A DNA stretch of 64,000 nt from NCBI GenBank assembly GCA_030390025.1, contig CM059432.1, positions 102,736,001-102,800,000 of the forward strand, read 5' to 3'. The notes under the pieces are model-generated. The model saw only the letters and a program-made list of their open reading frames with translations, had not been told where the DNA came from and did no database searches. Both the position numbers and the translations under genes were made by a program. Source of the DNA: Squalus acanthias (lineage: Eukaryota). Shown one piece after another: positions 48,878-62,384 of this stretch. Numbering within the stretch: position 1 is the stretch's first letter; each line of letters starts with the position of its first letter.

Positions 48878-49183
48878 AACACGGGCAACATGGTGGCATA
48901 GTGGTTAGCACTGTTGCCTCAGAGCGCCAGGGACCTGGGTTCGAATCCGGCCTCGGGTGACTGTCTGTGTGGAGTTTACACATTCTCCCCGTGTCTGCGT
49001 GGGTTTCCTCTGGGTGCTCTGGTTTCCTCCCACAGTCCAAAGATGTGCGGGTTAGGTTGATTTGGCTATGATAAATTGACCCTTAGTGTTAGGGGGATTA
49101 AATACGCGGGGATAGGGTGGGATATGTGTCGGTGCAGGCTCGATGGGCTGAAATGGCCTCTATCTGCACTGTGGGGATTCTGT
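48878..49183 (+). mobile_element. V-SINE (HE1-like), short-tail form
   Basis: A and B boxes, V-domain, TSD gatgttc. Confidence 0.9.
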
Positions 49184-51678
49184 GATGTTCCCTTATTACA
49201 AGCCTCAACTATTTCCTGATTGATACTCCGTCCAACAGAGTTGCAACTGTTCGGAGGCCTATAGACTACGCCCACTAGTGTTTTTTCCCCTTATTATTCC
49301 TTATCTCCACCCAAACTGTTTCATTATCCTGATCTTTTGACCCAATATCATTTCTCTTTATTACAGTGATTCCTTCCTTTATTAACATAGCCACCCCACC
49401 TCCCCTTCCTTCCTGCCTGTCCTTCCTGATCGTTAAATAACCTGGTATGTTTAATTCCCAGGCATTGTCACCCTGCAGCCATGTTTCTGTAATGGCCACA
49501 GGATCATACGCATATGTAGTTATTTGTGCCATTAACTTGTCTATTTTGTTATGAATGCTATGTGCATTCAGATAGAGAACTTTCAAACATGTTTTGTGAC
49601 ACTTAGTTCCTGCTTTTGCCCTTTTTATTACTTTACCTTTTACTCCATACCTTCTGCCCCTTCCTGACACACTCTGGTTTTTAATTTCCCCACTGCTACC
49701 TAAGTCTATGACCTTCTCTGTTGTCATTTTTATTATTTGCTCTCTAGGAACCTCCCCACCACTAGTTAGTTTAAAGCCCTCTCTACAGCCCTAGTTATAT
49801 GATCCGCCAGGACTCTAGTCCCAGCACTGGCCAAGTGAAGCCCGTCCCAACGGAACAGCTCCCTCCTGCCCCAGTACTGGTGCCAGTGTCCCAGGAAGCA
49901 AAACCCATTTTTCCCACACTAGTCTTTGAGCCACTCATTTAACTCTCTAATTTTATTTGTCCTAGCCAAATTCGCTCGTGGCTCAGGTAATAATCAAAGA
50001 TTATTACCCTTGAGGTTCTGTTTTTTTAATTTGACCCCTAGCTGCTCATACTCCTTTAACAGAACCGGCTTCCTTGTCCTATCTACGTCGTTTGTACCAA
50101 CATGGACCACGACAACTGGATCCAGCCCCTCTCACTGCAAGTTTCTTTCCAGCCCAGAGGAGATGTCCTTAACCCTGGCACCGGGCAGGCAACACAGCCT
50201 ATGGGACTCTCGCTCTCGGCTGCAGAGAACTCTATCTATCCCCCTAATAATACTATCCCCTACCACTACAACATTTCTATTTACTCCCCCCTCTTGAATG
50301 GCCCCCCGTTCCACGGTGCTGTGGCCAGGTTGCTCATCCTCCCTGCAGTCCCTGCTCCTGTCCCCACAGGGAGTAAGAACCTCAAACCGGTTGGACAAGA
50401 GCAAGGGCTGCGGCTCCTCCAACACTACCTCCTGGATCCCCGTACCTGCCTCACTCGTAGTCACACCGTCCTGTTCCTGACCATGGGCTACATCTGAATT
50501 AATTAACTTCATCGGTGTGACCACCTCCTGAAACACAGAGTCCAGGTACTTCTCCCCCTCCCTGATGTGTCACAGTGTCTGAAGCTCAGACTCCAGCTCA
50601 TCAACACGGAGCTGGAGTTCCTGTAGCAGCAGACACTTGTCACAGATGTAATCACCGTGAGCCTCAATGGGGTCCACCGGCTCCCACATCTCGCAACAGT
50701 AACACATCACCTGCTCCATTCTATGTAATTAATTAAAAAAATTTATTGTTAGTTATGGACACTCTCTGCCCGATTATAGATGCTAGTATCCCCTCTAATT
50801 AATTGGATTTAAATTAAATCAATCCCTCTAAATTACACCAGTTAAATGGTTTACCAACAGTCACTCTGCACCAGAAAGGCCTTATTAGCTACAACCCACA
50901 GAGTTAAAGTTTGAAAAGAGCACCCTACACCCCACTCACCTGAACTCACACTTACCCAAACTCAGCACTCTCTGCTGACTCGCACTTAATTGTGACTTCT
51001 GCCCAGAAATCAAACGGGGTAATATTGTTTTAAAAACTAATATTGCTGCGGGAGCCTAATGTCGTTTTGATCTCTGTATTATTATAATTGTCTTCTAATT
51101 TTTTTGATATTTTTACATAGAGTCATAGAGTCATAATGGCACAGAAGGAGGCCATTCGGCCCATCGAGTCCATGCTGGCTCTCTGCAGAGCAATTCAGTC
51201 AGTAGCATTCCCCCACTCTATCCCCGTAGCCCTGCAAGTTTATTTCCCTCAAGTGCCTATCCAGTCTCCCCTTGAAAACATTGAGTGTCTCCGCTTCCAC
51301 CACTTCCGTTGGCAGCGAATTCCAGGTCATCACCACTCGCTGCGTAAAAAGTTTTTCCTCACATCCCCCCTGTATCTCTTGCCCAAAACCTTAAATCTGT
51401 GTCCCCTCATCCTTGTACCATCAACTAGTAGGAACAGCCTTTCCCCAACTAGCCTATCCAAACCCGTCATAATCTTGTACACCTCTATCAAATCACCCCT
51501 CAACCTCCTTTGCTCTAATAAAAACAAATCCAGCTTCTCCAAACTGTCCTTGTAGCTAAGATCACCCATCCCGAGAACCATTCTGGTAAATCTCCTCTGC
51601 ACTCTGTCAAGGGCCTTCACATCCTTCCTAAAGTGTGGTGACCAGAACTGAATGCAATTCTCCAGCGCTTTATAAAGG

Positions 51679-51896
51679 TGATGTAAGAAAACTACTAGGC
51701 ACTTGGTCTAAGCATTAAACAAAGCTTTAATCAACTGTTTTTCAACATGGAGATCTTGTTGTATCCTTCACTAGTTCCTGTTGAGGAATGTCCTAAGCAA
51801 GCTGGGCCCATGCCCGAGTATTTATACTCTCCCTGGACAGCACCACCAGCAGGCCGCCCAGTATTACTTCATACATGAATGACAAGATTTATGTCA
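51679..51896 (-). mobile_element. 218-bp solo LTR (Gypsy-like)
   Basis: TG...CA ends, 5-bp TSD AAAGG, and minus-strand TATAAATA followed by ATTAAA. Confidence 0.75.
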
Positions 51897-51962
51897 AAAG
51901 GTTGAGCATAACTTCTCTACTTTTGTACCCAATACCTCTATTTATGAAGCCCAAGATTCCAT

Positions 51963-52844
51963 GGGGGAAAAATTCAGTTGGTTGCGCCTCCTGTTAGCGC
52001 CTTAAGAGGGCGCTAATGGGGCGCAAAGCAACTAGGGGCCGGGCACGGCGATGTTTGCGCCGCTCGCGAAATTAGCGACATTTTGCGGCAGCGCTAAACA
52101 GTACCACCACGATCTCCTGCACCGGCAGATCATGATGTCAGTCGAGTGCGCAACACCCCGGTAGCGCCCCGGAGCGGATATTGAGTGGCGCCCCCTGCCA
52201 TACTGCCTGCCACTAGCAACGACAGGTTGAGGGGAGCGTTTTGCAGTCAGGAAGGGACTGGGGCAGCGCTACTTAAAGGCGACCGCTTCCTGCCTTTTTT
52301 TGTTGGCGACATTTTTGAACCACGCATTCTGAGAGAGTGAGACTTCTGGAGAGATTCAACGCTGTGTGAAGGAGTTTTGGATACTGAGCAGCACTTTGCA
52401 GGTTCATTTTGATTTGCCCTTCCTTGTATCGATTTAGAAGAGACTTTGGGGACTGCACTCTGAGCTCTTTCCCTGGTCCTCTCCATTGTTCTTTCCAGCA
52501 GATTTGATGCACAGGTCTCTCCAGGCCGAGATTCAAGGCTGCAATGAGCAGGATGTGGATGGAAAGCAAGATCAACCCTCCCCTTTAAGAACTGGCCGGG
52601 GCCATTGTGTCTGTGTTCCATTGCTGACTACATCAGAAGAGCTTCGCCAGCGTTCTGTGTTAGCGCCTCGCTCCTCGGGCTTTGCGCCTTAAGACAGATG
52701 TGTAGCGCCTGATTTAGTGCTCCAATCACCTCCAGGGGCGATAAAAGTCGTTTGCAGTCGGAGGCGATAATTAGCGCCAGGCGCTAATCTTTGCGCCCGG
52801 CCGATAATTGTGCCCCAAACGGGGCGATACTGAATTTTTCCCCC
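51963..52844. mobile_element. Harbinger MITE related to the 44236 element
   Basis: TIR GGGGGAAAAATTCAG and TSD CAT. Both arms align to the autonomous element's ends, and it retains the Myb gene start (MERTRERAQ). Confidence 0.9.
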
Positions 52845-54649
52845 CATATGTTTTGTTAACCACTCTCTCAATATGTCCTGCCACTTTCAGGGAGCTATGC
52901 ACATTAACTCCCAAGTCCCTCTGTCCTTGCACACTCTTTAAAACTGCCATTAAGTGTATATTGCCTCTCTCTGTTCCTTCTGCCAAAATGCATCACCTCA
53001 CACTTCTCTGTATTAATTTCCATCTGCCACTTGTCTGCCCATTCTGCTAGCCTTTCTATGTCCTGTTGCAGTCGATTGAAATCATCATCATTGTTTGCCA
53101 TACCCCCAAGTTTGGTGTCATCGGCAAATTTAGAAATTCTACTCTGTATTCCAATATCCAGGTCATTTATATATATCAAAAAAAGCAGTGGCCCCAGCAC
53201 TGACCCTTGGGGAACACCACTGTCTACCATCCTCCAGTCTGAAAAACAGCCATTTACCACAACTCGCTGTTTTCTGTCCTTATCCAAGCTGCTACTGACC
53301 CACCTATTCCATGAGCCTCAATTTTGTTAACCAGCCTTCTATATTGTACTTTGTCAAACGCCTTCCGAAAATCCATGTAGATAGCAGCCATTGCATTCCC
53401 TTCATCAATCCTCTCTGTTATTTCATCAAAAAATTCAATTAGATTCGTCAAACACGATCTGCCTTTTACAAATCTGTGTTGGCTCTTCTTAATTAGCTTA
53501 AACCTCTCCAAGTGCCCATTAATTTTTTTCTTGATTATTGTTCCTAAAACTTTACCCACCACTGATGTTAAACTGACTGGCCTGTAGTTACTAGGATTGT
53601 CCTTACACCCTTTCTTGAACAATGGTGTCACATTTGCCACTTTCCAATCCTCAGGCACTTCCCCCGCATCTAGGGAAGATTGAAAAATTATGGCAAGCCC
53701 TTCCGCTATCTCCTCCCACAATTCCCTTAGCAACCTGGGATGCAAACCATCTGGATCAGGCAACTTGTCCACTCTAAGCATACCCAGCCTTTCTAGTACA
53801 TCCTGTCTATCAATTTTCACCCCTTCCATTGTTTCTACCTTTTCCACTTCTACCGATATTTTGTCAGAATCCACCTCCTTAGTAAACACCGATACAAAGT
53901 ACTCATTCATTATTCTAGCCTTGCCCTGCGCCTCTAAGCATATATCACCTTCTTTGTCTCTAACATGTTTGATTTAACTATAAATAAACAAGATATTGAA
54001 AACTATTTGATGTCACGTCTAAATCTGTTACAAGACCTAGCACACTTGTATTAAAGTAAGCTCAGCAAAGATCTCCCAATGGCTCAGAGACTTCATCCAT
54101 TGAGTAGCAGAGCCATACAACCAGAAAGGCCCAAGGTGGTGATGAATTTTGCCGGTCTCAGTTTGGGGCAGCTCGAGGGCCTCTGGATTAGTAAGGGAAA
54201 AAACAACTTGAGTTACTGTTCTTAATTGCAATCCAGCAACTCCAGCTGGAAATGCACCTGTGTGGACATCGATTGAAGATACGTTTTGGTTTAGCTGTGA
54301 TGTCTCCATATTCCAGCCTGCTCGCAAATGAATGATGAAAAATAAAATGAATAATGGCCACTTGGACAAGGTATAGGGTGCCCAGCATTCATGAAGCCAC
54401 ATCCCAGCAATCAGTCAATAAAAATGTTTGAGGGTGAATATTTCGATAATTTCCGCAGACATCATGGAGCAGCAGAACTTAGTACTCACCAATGGGTTGG
54501 CCATATGGGATTTCCTGAGGTCAGTCTCATTAACTACTCACAGGGAGCTCTAGGCCTGCATTGGGCCTACCTGTGGGAAGGGAGAAAATTTGCAAGAGAA
54601 GGAGAGGAAATGAGTAATACACAGCACCTTGAGCATTACAATAACGTTA

Positions 54650-54852
54650 AGACACTCACTCCAACATCACATTACAATTATTATAGATCACACTGGTATT
54701 AAGAAACACAACAACATCACACTGACAGTAACACATTCACTCCAACATCACACTGACAGTAACACATTCACTCCAACATCAAACCCCAATTATTATAGGT
54801 ACTCCAACATCATACTGGTGTTAACAGTCTAATATCGTACTGACAGTAACAT
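54650..54852 (+). repeat. Degenerate ~29-bp minisatellite
   Basis: Repeats of cactccaacatcacactgacagtaacacatt. Confidence 0.7.
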
Positions 54853-55309
54853 AGTGGGGCCAAATATGCGATGGCTGGCATCCATTGTGCTGAAGCGCAT
54901 CAGGTGCCAGCTCCCATATTAACAGGTACAGAGGTCTGAGGCCTTTCCCAGACCCAAAAATTGGGAGAGATGTAAAACGGGCTGCCAACTCACGATCACC
55001 CGTTTTACACTATCGCACAAAGTCAAGATCTACCCGCAATAATACTAAACAACTATTATTATGCTCAAGTTTCTGAATACTGTAGCTGAAGTATTGCAAT
55101 GCTCCATTTTTCCCATTAATGACAATTTAGTAATAGTATCATTTTAGGCTATTTAAAGCATTTGCTAATTTATTCGAGTATACATTTGAAATACTTTTTT
55201 TCCTTTGCCTTGAGCAGATGATTCACTCTCTCCTGGATATTCAGCTGCAGTTGTAATGCACATAGGGATACAAGAGCAGTTCATCTTTGAGTCCATAGTA
55301 GTCACATAC

Positions 55310-55628
55310 CTCATAGTTATATGGCTATTGTGCTATCTTCGATTCCTTTGAGATTCTGAAGCCCGTTCCAGAACCCAAGATGTTCATACACGTTAATGTC
55401 TGATGTGTGAGGGGAAACAGCCACCTGTATCTTTCTGGTAGTTTTTAGCAGTCCTGACATCATGACATTTTTGTCAGTGACATTCGACAGATGTTCTTCT
55501 GTGCAACTGAAGTCCAAGAAACCAGAGTTACACTGTAACCTGCAACCCATACTTTCAGCTTGAAACTCTCAGATACTGGACTTTCACTTCTCCTACTCAA
55601 ATCTCACTCCAGCGTTATACTGCTACTT
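55310..55628 (-). pseudogene. Possible fossil FN3-like exon (next candidate exon 54317-54217)
   Basis: Acceptor aatgcAG and donor GAG|GTATGT. Reads SSSITLE*...VAGYSVTL, then after a frameshift NVMMSGLLKTTRKIQVAV. Confidence 0.35.
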
Positions 55629-55744
55629 CTGCATTGTAGAAACTACATTGCAGCAACAAAACAATTGATAGTATGACTTCAGCCTTAAACTGGTGCTCAG
55701 AGTAATGTGACGTTTTAATGAAGGGCTGAACTAAATCTTTGCTT

Positions 55745-58700
55745 CGCACATTTCTAACATTGAGGAAGTAACAGAAAGAGTAGAAATGGGTAATGCAGTA
55801 GATGTAATATACATAGGGGGGAAATTCAGTTGGTTGCGCCTCCCATTAGCGCCTTAAGAGGGCGCTAATGGGGCGCAAAGCATCTAGCGCCCAGGCGCGG
55901 CGAAGTTTGCGCCGCTCGCGAAATTAACTAGACATTTTGCGGCGGCGCTAAACACTACCGCCACGATCTCCTGCGCCGGCAGATCGTGACATCAGTTGAG
56001 TGCGCAATGCCCCGGTATCGCCCCGGAGCGGATATTGAGTGACGCCTCCTGCCTTACCGCCTGACGCTAGCAACGACAGGTTGAGGGGAGCGTTCTCCAG
56101 TCATGAAGGGAAAGGGGGAGCGCTATTTAAAGGTGACCGCTTCCTGCCTTTTATTGTTGGTGCCATTTTTGAACTACGCATTCTGAGAGAGAGAGAGAGA
56201 CTTCTGGAGAGATTCAATGTTGTGTGAAGGAGTTTTGGGTACTGAGCAGCACTTTGCAGGTTCATTTTGATTTGCCATTCCTTGTATCGATTTAGAAGAG
56301 ACTGTTGGGGCTACACTCTGAGCTCTTTGCCTGGTACTCTCCATTGTTCTTTCCAGCAGATTTGATGTGCAGGTCTCTCCAGGCCGAGATTCAAGGCTGC
56401 AATGAGCAGGATGTGGATGGAAAGCAAGATTGACCATCCCCTTTAAGAACTGGCCCGTACCATTGTGTGTGTGTTCCATTGCTGACTGACATTACATGAG
56501 CTTCGCCAGCGCTCTGAGGTAGCGCCTCGCTCCTCAGCCTTTGCGCCTTAAGACAGGTGTGAAGCGCCTGATTTAGCGCTCCAATCACCTCCAGGGGCGA
56601 TAAAAGTCAAGTTTGCAGTCGGTGGCGATAATTAGCGCCAGGCGCTAATCTTTGCGCCCGGCCGATAATTGCGCCCCAAATGGGGCGATACTGAATTTCT
56701 CCCCCATAGACTTTCAAAAGGCCTTTGATAGGGTACCACATAGTAGACTCATGACTAAGGCCAGAGCAAGTGGAATCAGGAGACAAGCAGTAGAATGGAT
56801 AGTAAACTGGCTACTAAACAAAAAAGAGACAGCAGGGTTTAAAGGTAGTTACTCAGACTGGCGGAAGATGGGAAGTGGTGTTCCACAGAGATTCGTGCTG
56901 GGACCACTGTTCACCATTTACAAAAACGAATTGGACTCAGGAATCAGAAGTACAATTTTAAAACCTGCGGATGATACCAAACTGGGGGTGTAGTTAATAC
57001 TGAGGAAAACTTCAACAAAATGTAAGAAGATGTTAGCAAACTTGGAGAATGGGTGTGTAAATGGCAAATAAATTTCAATGTCGATAAGTGTCAGGTACTG
57101 AAAGCCATAAAAGGTGCAAATAAAACACTGGTGTTCATTTCTAGAGGAATAGAATTCAAAAGCAGAGAAGTTACGTTAAACTTATATCGAACCTTGATTG
57201 GACCACACTGAGAGTGCTATGCACAGTTCTGGTCTCCATATTACAAAAAGGATATAGGAGCACTGGAGAAAGTGCAAAAAAGATTTACAAGGATGATACC
57301 AGAACTGCGAGGGTACAACAATCAAGAAAGACTGAACAGGCTGGGGCTCTATTCTCTAGAAAAGAGAGACTGAGAGATGACCTGGTAGGGAAAGTAAGCT
57401 GTGAGGAGGACACAAAGAGCCTGCAAAGGGATAGAGACAGGTTAAATGAGTGGGCAATAAGGGGGCAGATGCAGTATAATGAGGGGAAATGTGAGGTTAT
57501 TCACTTTGGTAGGAAGAATAAAAAATAGAATATTTTTTAAATGGTGAGAAACTATTAAATACTGGTGTTCAGAGAGATTTAGATGAAATCGTACAGGAAA
57601 CACAGAGAGTTAGCATACAGGTACAGCAAGCAATTAGGAAGGTAAATGGCATGTTAGCCTTTATTGCAAGAGGGTTGGAGGACAAGAGTAAGGAAGCCTT
57701 GCTACAATTGTACAGGGCTTTGGTGAGACCACACCTGGAACACTGTGCACAGTTTTGGTCTCTTTATCTGAGGAAAGATATACTTGCCTTAGAGGCGGTG
57801 CAACAAAGGTTCACTAGATTGATTCCTGGGATGAGAGGGTTGTCCTATGAGGAGAGATTGAGTACATTGGGCCAATACTTTCTGGAGTTTTGAAGCATGA
57901 GAGGTGATCTCATTGAAACATGTAAGATTCAGAGGGGGATTGACAGGGTAGCTGCTGAGAGGTTGTTTCCCCTGGCTGGTGAGTCTAGAACTTGGGGGCA
58001 TAGTCTCAGGATAAGGGGTCAGCCATTTAAGACTAAGATGAGGAGGAATTTCTTCACTCAGAGGGTTGTGAATCTTTGGAATTGTATACCCCAAAGGACT
58101 GTCGATGCTGAATCGTTGAGTATACTTAAGACTGAGATAGATAGTTTTTTGGACTTTAGGGGAAAAAAGGGATATAGAGATCGGGCAGGAAAGGAGTTGA
58201 CCTCTTCCACCTAGAAGGACAAGGGCAGCAGGCGCATGGGAACACCACCACCTCCAAGTTCACCTCCAAGTCACACACCATCCTGACTTAGAACTTTATC
58301 GCCGATCCTTCATCGTCGCTGGGTCAAAATCCTGGAACTCCCTACCTAACAGCACTATGGGAGTACCTTCACCACACAGACTGCAGCGGTTCAAGAAGGC
58401 GGCTCACCACCACCTTCTCAAGGGCAACTAGGGATGGGCAATAAATGCTGGCCTTGCCAGCGACGCCCAGATCTCATAAGCGATTTAAAATAAAAGATCA
58501 GCTATGATCTTATTGAATGGCGGAGCAGGCTCGAGGGAGCCATATAGCCTACTCCTGCTCCTAATTCTTATGTTCTTATGTTAGTATGTTCTTATGGTAG
58601 AGGTCTTTAAAATATGAAGAGGTTTGACAGGGTAGGTGTAGAAAGGATGTTTCCACTTGTGGGGGAATCCAAAATTAGGGGCCATAAGTATAAGATAGTC

Positions 58701-58768
58701 ACTAATAAATCCAATAAAGAATACATGAGAAATGTCTTTACTTAGAGAGTGGTTAGAATGTGGAACTC
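55745..58768 (+). mobile_element. Nested decayed CR1 fragments, including a Zenon-like 3' piece at ~58200-58495; continues at 61157-61245
   Basis: DVIYI|DFQKAFDRVPH is restored across the MITE. A second RT C-terminal fragment spans 57385-58580. Confidence 0.8.
55816..56705. mobile_element. Harbinger MITE, sister copy of 51963-52844
   Basis: TIR GGGGG(A)GAAATTCAG and TSD ATA. Colinear with 51963-52844. Confidence 0.9.
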
Positions 58769-61156
58769 ATAGATACATAGATACATAGAAGATAGGAGCA
58801 GGAGTAGGCCATCCGGCCCTTCGAGCCTGCTCCGCCATTTAATGAGATCATGGCTGATCCTCCAATTCAGTATCCCGTCCCCGCCTTCTCTCCGTAACCC
58901 TTAACCCCTTTTGCCTGTAGAAATATATCTAATTCCCTCTTAAATATATTTAATGAGCTGGCGTACACTGCCCTCTGTGGCAATGAGTTCCACAGGTTCA
59001 CCACCCTCTGAGTGAAGAAATTCCCCCTCATTTCTGTCCTAAATGGTTTAGCCCTTATCCTTAAATTATGTCCTCTAGTTCTGTTCTCACCCGCCAAGGG
59101 AAACATTCCTTCTGCATCTAGTCTGTCTAGACCTGTCAGAATTTTATACACTTCTATGAGGTCCCCTCTCAATCTTCTAAACTCCAGTGTGTACATCCCT
59201 AAACTACATAGTCTCTCCTCATAGGTCAATCCCGCCATTCCTGGTATCAGCCTGGTGAATCGCCGCTGCACCCCCTCCATGGCAAGAACATCTTTCCTCA
59301 GATGAGGCGACCAAAACTGTACACAGTACTCGAGGTGTGGTCTCACCAGTGCCCTGTACAGCTGCAGCAAGGTATCCCTGTTCCTGTATTCCAACCCTTT
59401 TGCTATGAAGGCCAGCATACCGTTTGCCTTCTTGACCGCCTGTTGCACCTGCATGCTCGCCTTCAGTGACTGGTGTACAAGAACACCCAGGTCTCTCTGT
59501 ACTTCCCCCTCTCCCAATTTATTGCCATTTAAATAATAATTTGCCCTCCCGTTCCTGCACCCAAGGTGGATAACTTCGCACTTGTCCACATTATAGTGCA
59601 TCTGCCATTTATCCGCCCAATCACCCAGTCTGTCCAAATCGCTCTGGAGCTTCCTGGTCTCCTCCTCTGAGCCCACCCCCCCTCCTAGTTTAGTGTCGTC
59701 TGCAAATTTGGAAATGCTGCATCCGACTCCCTGATCCAGGTCATTAATGTAAATTGTGAACAGCTGGGGACCCAGGACAGATCCCTGCGGTACCCCACTT
59801 GTTACTGCCTGCCATTCAGAAAATGAGCCGTTTATTCCAACTCTCTGTTTTCTATCTGACAGCCAGTTCTCTATCCACGTCAATACTTTCCCCTTTATCC
59901 CATGAGCTTCAATTTTCCATGCTAATCTTTTATGTGGGACCTTGTCGAAGGCCTTTTGGAAGTCCAGGTACACCACATCTACTGGCTCTCCCCCATCTAT
60001 TTTACCAGTTACTCCCTCAAAAAATTCCAATAGATTAGTCAAGCACGATTTACCCTTTGTAAATCCATGTTGACTCTGTCCTATCCTGTCCCCATTTGCT
60101 AAGTGCTCCGCTATTTCATCCTTAATGATGGACTCCAGCATTTTGCCCACAACTGATGTAAGGCTTACAGGTCTGTAATTACCTGCTTTTTCCCTACCCC
60201 GCTTTTTGAATAGTGGGGTAACGTTAGCTACCCTCCAATCCATGGGCACTGTTCCCGAGTCTAATGAATTCTGAAAAATCATACTTAGCGCATCCGCTAT
60301 CTCTAAGGCCACCTCCTTCAGTACCCTAGGATGCATGTTATCAGGCCCTGGGGATTTGTCCGCCTTCAATCCCTTTAGCTTCCTTAACACCATATCCTTA
60401 GAGATATTGATTTGCGTCAGTTCCTCCTTTGCCAATGTCCCTATTTTTCCCGATATCCCAGGGAGGTTTTTTGTGTCTTCCTTCGTAAAGACTGACCCAA
60501 AGTATGCATTTAGTTGGTCTGCCATTTCCTTATTTCCCGTTATATATTCCCCCGTATCTGACTGCAATGGACCAACTTTGGTTTTCACCAGTCTTTTCCT
60601 CTTGATATACTTATAAAAGCTTTTGGAGTTAGTTTTTATATTTTCCGCCAGCTTGCTTTCGTAAGCTATTTTGCCCCTCTTGATTAAGCCCTTTGTCCTC
60701 CTTTGCTCTATCTTAAACTGTTCCCAATCTTCCGCTCTGGTGCTTTTTTTGGCTATTTTATACGCCCTATCTTTGGATCTTATGCTGTCTCTAATTTCCC
60801 CTGTTATCCACGGTTGAGTCACCTTTTTAGATTTCCTTTTATGCCAGATTGGTATAAACAATTTTTGCAATTTTGTCATTCTATCTTTAAATGCTTGCCA
60901 TTGTTTATCTACCTCCAGTCCTCCCAGGAACGTTGTCCAATCAGACCTACTCAGTTCCCGTCTAATGGCATCATAATTCCCCTTGTTTAAATTCAGGACC
61001 TTAGTCTCTGAGTCAATTTCTTCGCTCTCCATTTCGAGTGAGAAATCGATCATGTTATGATCGCTCTGACCCAAGGGTCCCCGTACAACAAGATTACTAA
61101 TTAGTCCCTTCTCATTGCACAGTACCCAGTCCAATATAGCCTGTTCCCGAGTTGGT
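58769..61156 (-). mobile_element. Young 5'-truncated CR1 with an uninterrupted ~765-codon ORF2 portion
   Basis: ORF 58867..61182 is open through the whole RT and C-terminus; (atagatac)n tail; truncated inside the endonuclease. Confidence 0.95.
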
Positions 61157-62384
61157 TCCACATGGAATGTTTGAGGCGACAAGCATAGATGCTTTTAAGG
61201 GGAAGCTAGATAAGTACATGAGGGAGAAAGGAATAGGAGAATGGAACCCCATTGCAGCATGCCTACAAAAAGATGTAGTCACGTTTTGGGCCACAGCTGA
61301 CCGTTACTGTCCCTGCATGTGCAAACACTATGCTGCATGGCAGCCACAGGTGACCTTGCAGCAAGCAGCACAGCTTTGCCTCTTTGCCTCTCAGCTGACT
61401 CAGATCCTGAAAAGACTCCCGCCATAGTCTTTCGCAGGTAGGTTTGCCAGGCCTGAAGAAATGGTTAGTGATACTGGACAGATGCAATCAGTGAGTTAAC
61501 ACCAGCTCTTCTCTACCCTGGCATAATTCTTTCATGTGGTACCACATAAAGCATGACATGCTGTGATTTGGGAGGTTTCTGAAGAACCATCCAGCATTAC
61601 AGTTAGTTAGTCATTCAGATATCATAGTCATGCCATCCGGCGACTGATGATACAGCTTTCTTTGGAATGAAGAGCCTCCCCCAGCAACATGTCTGCCAAA
61701 ATGTGTTAATTTCACCTCTCCCTGCAGAAAAGTGTGTGTGAGTGACAGTGAGAAACCACAGAGTACCAATAGGGCAGCCTGGCATCCCTCTGCAGGTCCT
61801 CCTCTTCTTTCGAACAAGTCAGATTGGAGTATTCCCATTGGTGTCAGTTAAGTTGTTGTGGGTAAAATAAATAATAATAATTAAAGTCGACTGGTGCAAA
61901 GGCTAAGTGCCATCAGGAATAAAAAGGGCTCAGAAATGGCCCGAAAATGCTTTCCTGAAACATTGTTGGCCTGTCAAATGCCCTTCCGCCAGAAGGTGCA
62001 TCCCAAGCCACCCTTGCTATCTGGTTTTCTAAGCTTGTAATAGCTTTGGCACCCAGCACACCTGCTAACCAGAAAATACAGCAAGGGCCACACAGCTGCA
62101 TTTTTGAATACAAGAGTGAAACTCCTGCCTGCTTCAGGCAAGAGCTTCCACCACCTACTCATTGCATGCTGAGACCTCTGACAAAAGGCAAGATCAGCAT
62201 TTAAACATGAGAGCAATGGGGATTAAGACAGCCTAAACTGGCCTATGGAAATTCTTCTCTTTATCTGCGCCATTCACTTCCATTATAGCCCTATATTCTT
62301 GTTAAGATTTCTCTATGTGACTACAACCTTTTGTATGTACGCTACCGATGCATTATCAAGCACAACAGATCAGAATGCAAATTT

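Larger units (their letters stand above)
42255..50990 (-). mobile_element. Near full-length CR1 LINE interrupted by the Harbinger and a SINE
   Basis: ORF1 esterase (VVGDSIIR, 50132-50536); endonuclease (49275-49727, 48225-48863); RT 42493-43992; (aagaacat)n tail. The frame NIKTDSK|SFYSYMKRKR is restored when the Harbinger is removed. Confidence 0.93.
51115..53965 (-). mobile_element. 5'-truncated CR1 LINE carrying a solo LTR and a MITE
   Basis: RT fragments 53254-53910, 52904-53287 and 51330-51620; (catagagt)n tail. Confidence 0.9.

Noticed and set aside
54650..54852. CRISPR-like array
   Set aside because: The context is eukaryotic, and these are degenerate tandem units without unique spacers or cas genes.
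61263..61838. Kinase-like exon (EVKLTHFG...) after a cttttctgcAG acceptor
   Set aside because: Only a faint DFG-like resemblance, with stops and no other kinase motifs. It could be another fossil exon but I cannot support it.
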